From Owenia fusiformis (taxonomy: Eukaryota): a stretch of DNA of 64,000 nucleotides. The translations under genes and the position numbers were made by a program. The stretch spans positions 1,612,001 to 1,676,000 of the forward strand of contig CAIIXF020000001.1 in NCBI GenBank assembly GCA_903813345.2. The letters run 5' to 3'. Positions 61,000 through 64,000 of the stretch are shown in pieces (within the stretch, counting starts at the first letter, position 1; every line of letters begins with the position of its first letter). Under the pieces are notes generated by a model, which saw only the letters and a list, made by a program, of their open reading frames with translations, had not been told where the DNA came from and did no database searches.

Positions 61000-63774
61000 T
61001 TTACTGGCATCACTGAAGCGGTGAACAGTAATAATTGAGAAGCATAGACCCATCACTTTAAAGTCAAAAGGGGACAACGTCATCATATTTTCTATGTGAT
61101 CAGACCAACTCGTATTCTATCTGATAAATATGTTTGTACCTGTATTGAATTTGCCGAAGATGCCGCATATTGGCCTGGTCAATCAGGGTTACTCGGCAAA
61201 TGTTTTTTCGTGGCTATTGAGATGTCAACCAAATATCGACCTCTGGATTATAACCTGTGTTTCCACTTATAAGATCCAATAATTTAACAGTCATAATTGT
61301 AATCTCGTTTCTTGTAGTTTGTCTGGAGGGTATATTCACCTATATGTATTTGTTTTCATTCAAAAGAGCAAAGAATATTGATGGCAAATCGCTATTACAG
61401 TTTGCACGGCGATCAATTCAACGTGCCTGATAACTAAGGTATGCGTTTTGCTGAAACAATGCCGGCATTGAGAAAGCTAATGACTTAAGATACCAACCTA
61501 TTTCTTTCAAAACAACTTTAAATTATTATGACATTTTTAATGGATTTCCAAGAATTAGAATGGAGATATTTTCGTTTCATTTTTATGTAAGTTTCTGATA
61601 ACTAATCGGAGGAAAGAAGGTTTTGATTTTCATGACCAAGAGCAACATTCGAGAATGTTTTGCAAGAACCTCGAAACTTTCCTTGTTTTAACTGCCAGTC
61701 TTATCTCCCGATACTTCAACTGCAGTTCATTTTGCTTGTATACCCACTGGTAAATCAAGATGTTTAGCCTACTTCTCTCTCAAGAATGGTTGAATTACAC
61801 TATTTATGCTGTAACCTCTGTGTATTATCATCGGATTCAGATAATTAGCCACAGCTTCTTTCATTCACGTTTTTGTGTCTTATGATATCTTTTATTCACA
61901 ATTCTCAAAATAATATACTTTCCATCAAAAGTAGAATTCAATCAATAGTTCAATGGGTCTAGTCATTGTCAACGCTGGCTATCACCGACTCCGTGCCCAA
62001 ATCAATTATTCTTGCACTCGCATATTATATCTTTGACATTTGTTGTTTTGAGTGATTTTCTGCAAGTGGAGAATCAATATCTACGATTGATCAAACGTTG
62101 CTTTCTGTCTAGCCTTACAATCAAATATAAAATTGGAATCTATAAAATATGGAATCAGTTACTAAAATGAATTTGTTAATGGGTCATTTTCTCAAAATAT
62201 CACAACAAGATTCTTTCCCGTCATTGGTATTATCGCAACAACTGACCTGACTATAGATGATACTGATTTACAGATGTTTAAACCCGTTGTATAGGAATAG
62301 AAGACTAGTCTTCAAAAAATCCCTCCTGTCATCCCTTTACCGTAGGGAATCATAGGGAGGTTAATCCCAAGGACCTTCTGCCAGCGTCTATTGACTTAAC
62401 AGACAGCCCAGGATATCCAGGGATTTGTCCCGAAATTTTACAAACGCGGGTACCTTTCACTTGAAATCCTACAATTTATTTAAACAAACAAAAAGGTATC
62501 TGACGTTTTTTTAAACTAAAGATTGATATAACACTACTTTTAAATAAAGCAAAATGGATTTTCGGACTTACATCATATCTCCTCATTATTCACATGCTTG
62601 AGTATAAATCCACTTCTGGAGTGGTCTGTGGTTCCCTTGTCTTGTCAGCTTTCTGTCCATCCTCCTTTATACCTTACAAGTTCACTCCTGTGAGAGTCAT
62701 TGAGCACAATTTGCCTCAAACAACTTGGAACGAGATCGATTGAGAAACACTACCCCAGTATTCTTTTAATGCAAACAATAAAATGGTATTTATATCCCTG
62801 GTTCATAAATCCATTCGTGACATAACATAATCTTTCTAGAAAACGCCTTCTTTGTTAATCCAAGTGACATTTGTCTCTTCCGCGTCACATGAAACATTAT
62901 TAATATCCCATGGTTTGGCTGGAATTGCTTCAATATTCGTGTTGTAATCCATGGCTTATTACATGACGTAGAATTGAAGCTTAACGTTGTAGGCGGCTCT
63001 CTCACAAAACTCCTTCACTTCATAGATATAACAACGATCAAATTATGGCAAGATTAACTGTAAAAGTCAAAAATATAATATGTTTTATACTGTCAGTGGT
63101 TTGAATAGCGAACTATATTGGACGCGTGCCTTCTATAGTCTCTGGCTAAACGCTTGACGGGAACATGTGAAAACATATTGTACTTCTATACGAACATGAT
63201 TGTAAGATGGATTGACATTAGCAACCGCCGAATGCACACAAAACACTAAAATAGATAGATGAATTAAAACGGTACCTTAGACATTTCCGTGGAGCGAGTG
63301 ACCGTGAAATGTTGAAGCTTGGCCAATGCGGAAGTGTTCTACGTGTAGGTGCGTTCATTGTTTCTCAACTGCATTAAGTAGTCATCTCCGGAGCATCTCT
63401 CGTTGCCTTTCTAAATCCACGTACGACAGACAACCTAGTCTTCAATATATGAATGTAAGCAGTAGTATTTGTTGAGAATAAGCTCTCTTTTATCCTAGGT
63501 AAACAAAGTAAATTTAGATAGACCTAGTAACTTTATTAAAGCAAATGCGCTGGTGATAGCCAAGACTCGATCCTTTTATTCTTATTCGATCTTCTTCACT
63601 AAATATTTTCCAATTATCTATGTTGACTCTAGGTGCACTTTGAAGGCAGATTCTTTCATGTTTTGTTGGCAGCCCAAACTTAAATTCTAACAAAATGACT
63701 AAAGTTGCGACCATCAATGTAAACATGACACCGAACAGCCCAGTCACTATCTTATTGGAATTTTTTATTAGCAT
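61000..63774 (-). pseudogene. Possible decayed type II membrane protein gene (glycosyltransferase-like)
   Basis: ORF 63774-63514 starts with a short basic N-tail plus a single TM (IVTGLFGVMFTLMVATLVILL). Downstream protein-like stretches are broken by stops and frameshifts. The lower boundary is approximate. Confidence 0.3.
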
Positions 63775-64000
63775 GTAAAAATGTAAAAATCACACGCTTG
63801 TATTCAATGCTTTAATAATTGTGTATATTATCTGGCGTCAAATACGAAGTAGCATATTTACCAAGGTCTCCAGCTTCAAAGGATTGCATATTCGCCGCTT
63901 CCGCAGTATCTATCCCATGTTTTGTTGATTTACTTGTATATATTGGTCCCAGTTACTTCTTATCTCGTCCTATCTTATATTAGAGTGCAGAATATTGACA

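Overview
AT-rich, intron-rich eukaryotic DNA from an invertebrate animal. A spiralian such as an annelid or mollusc is likely, inferred from gene content and repeat types but not proven. Four spliced protein-coding genes can be reconstructed by hand with GT-AG junctions and consistent phases. (1) A 5'-truncated + strand gene (15 exons visible, about 1350 aa in window) encodes an unusual XPF/MUS81-family nuclease. It has a winged-helix end, a catalytically intact ERCC4 domain and a second degenerate EME1-like ERCC4 domain in the same chain. It has no recognisable C-terminal (HhH)2; instead there is a long tail with UIM/MIU/SIM motifs, a TAF1-type zinc knuckle and a coiled coil. (2,3) Two tandem SLCO4-like OATP transporter genes on the - strand. 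(4) A trunk/PTTH-like cystine-knot ligand gene on the - strand. A disabled C2H2 zinc-finger array lies antisense in an intron of the nuclease gene, and a heavily decayed membrane-protein pseudogene may occupy the last 3 kb. Introns are packed with non-autonomous transposons (CACTA, Kolobok-like, Tc1/mariner, hAT-like, Transib-like, Helentron/HINE with satellite, tRNA-SINE), several of them nested. All family calls come from motif recognition by eye; no database searches were run.
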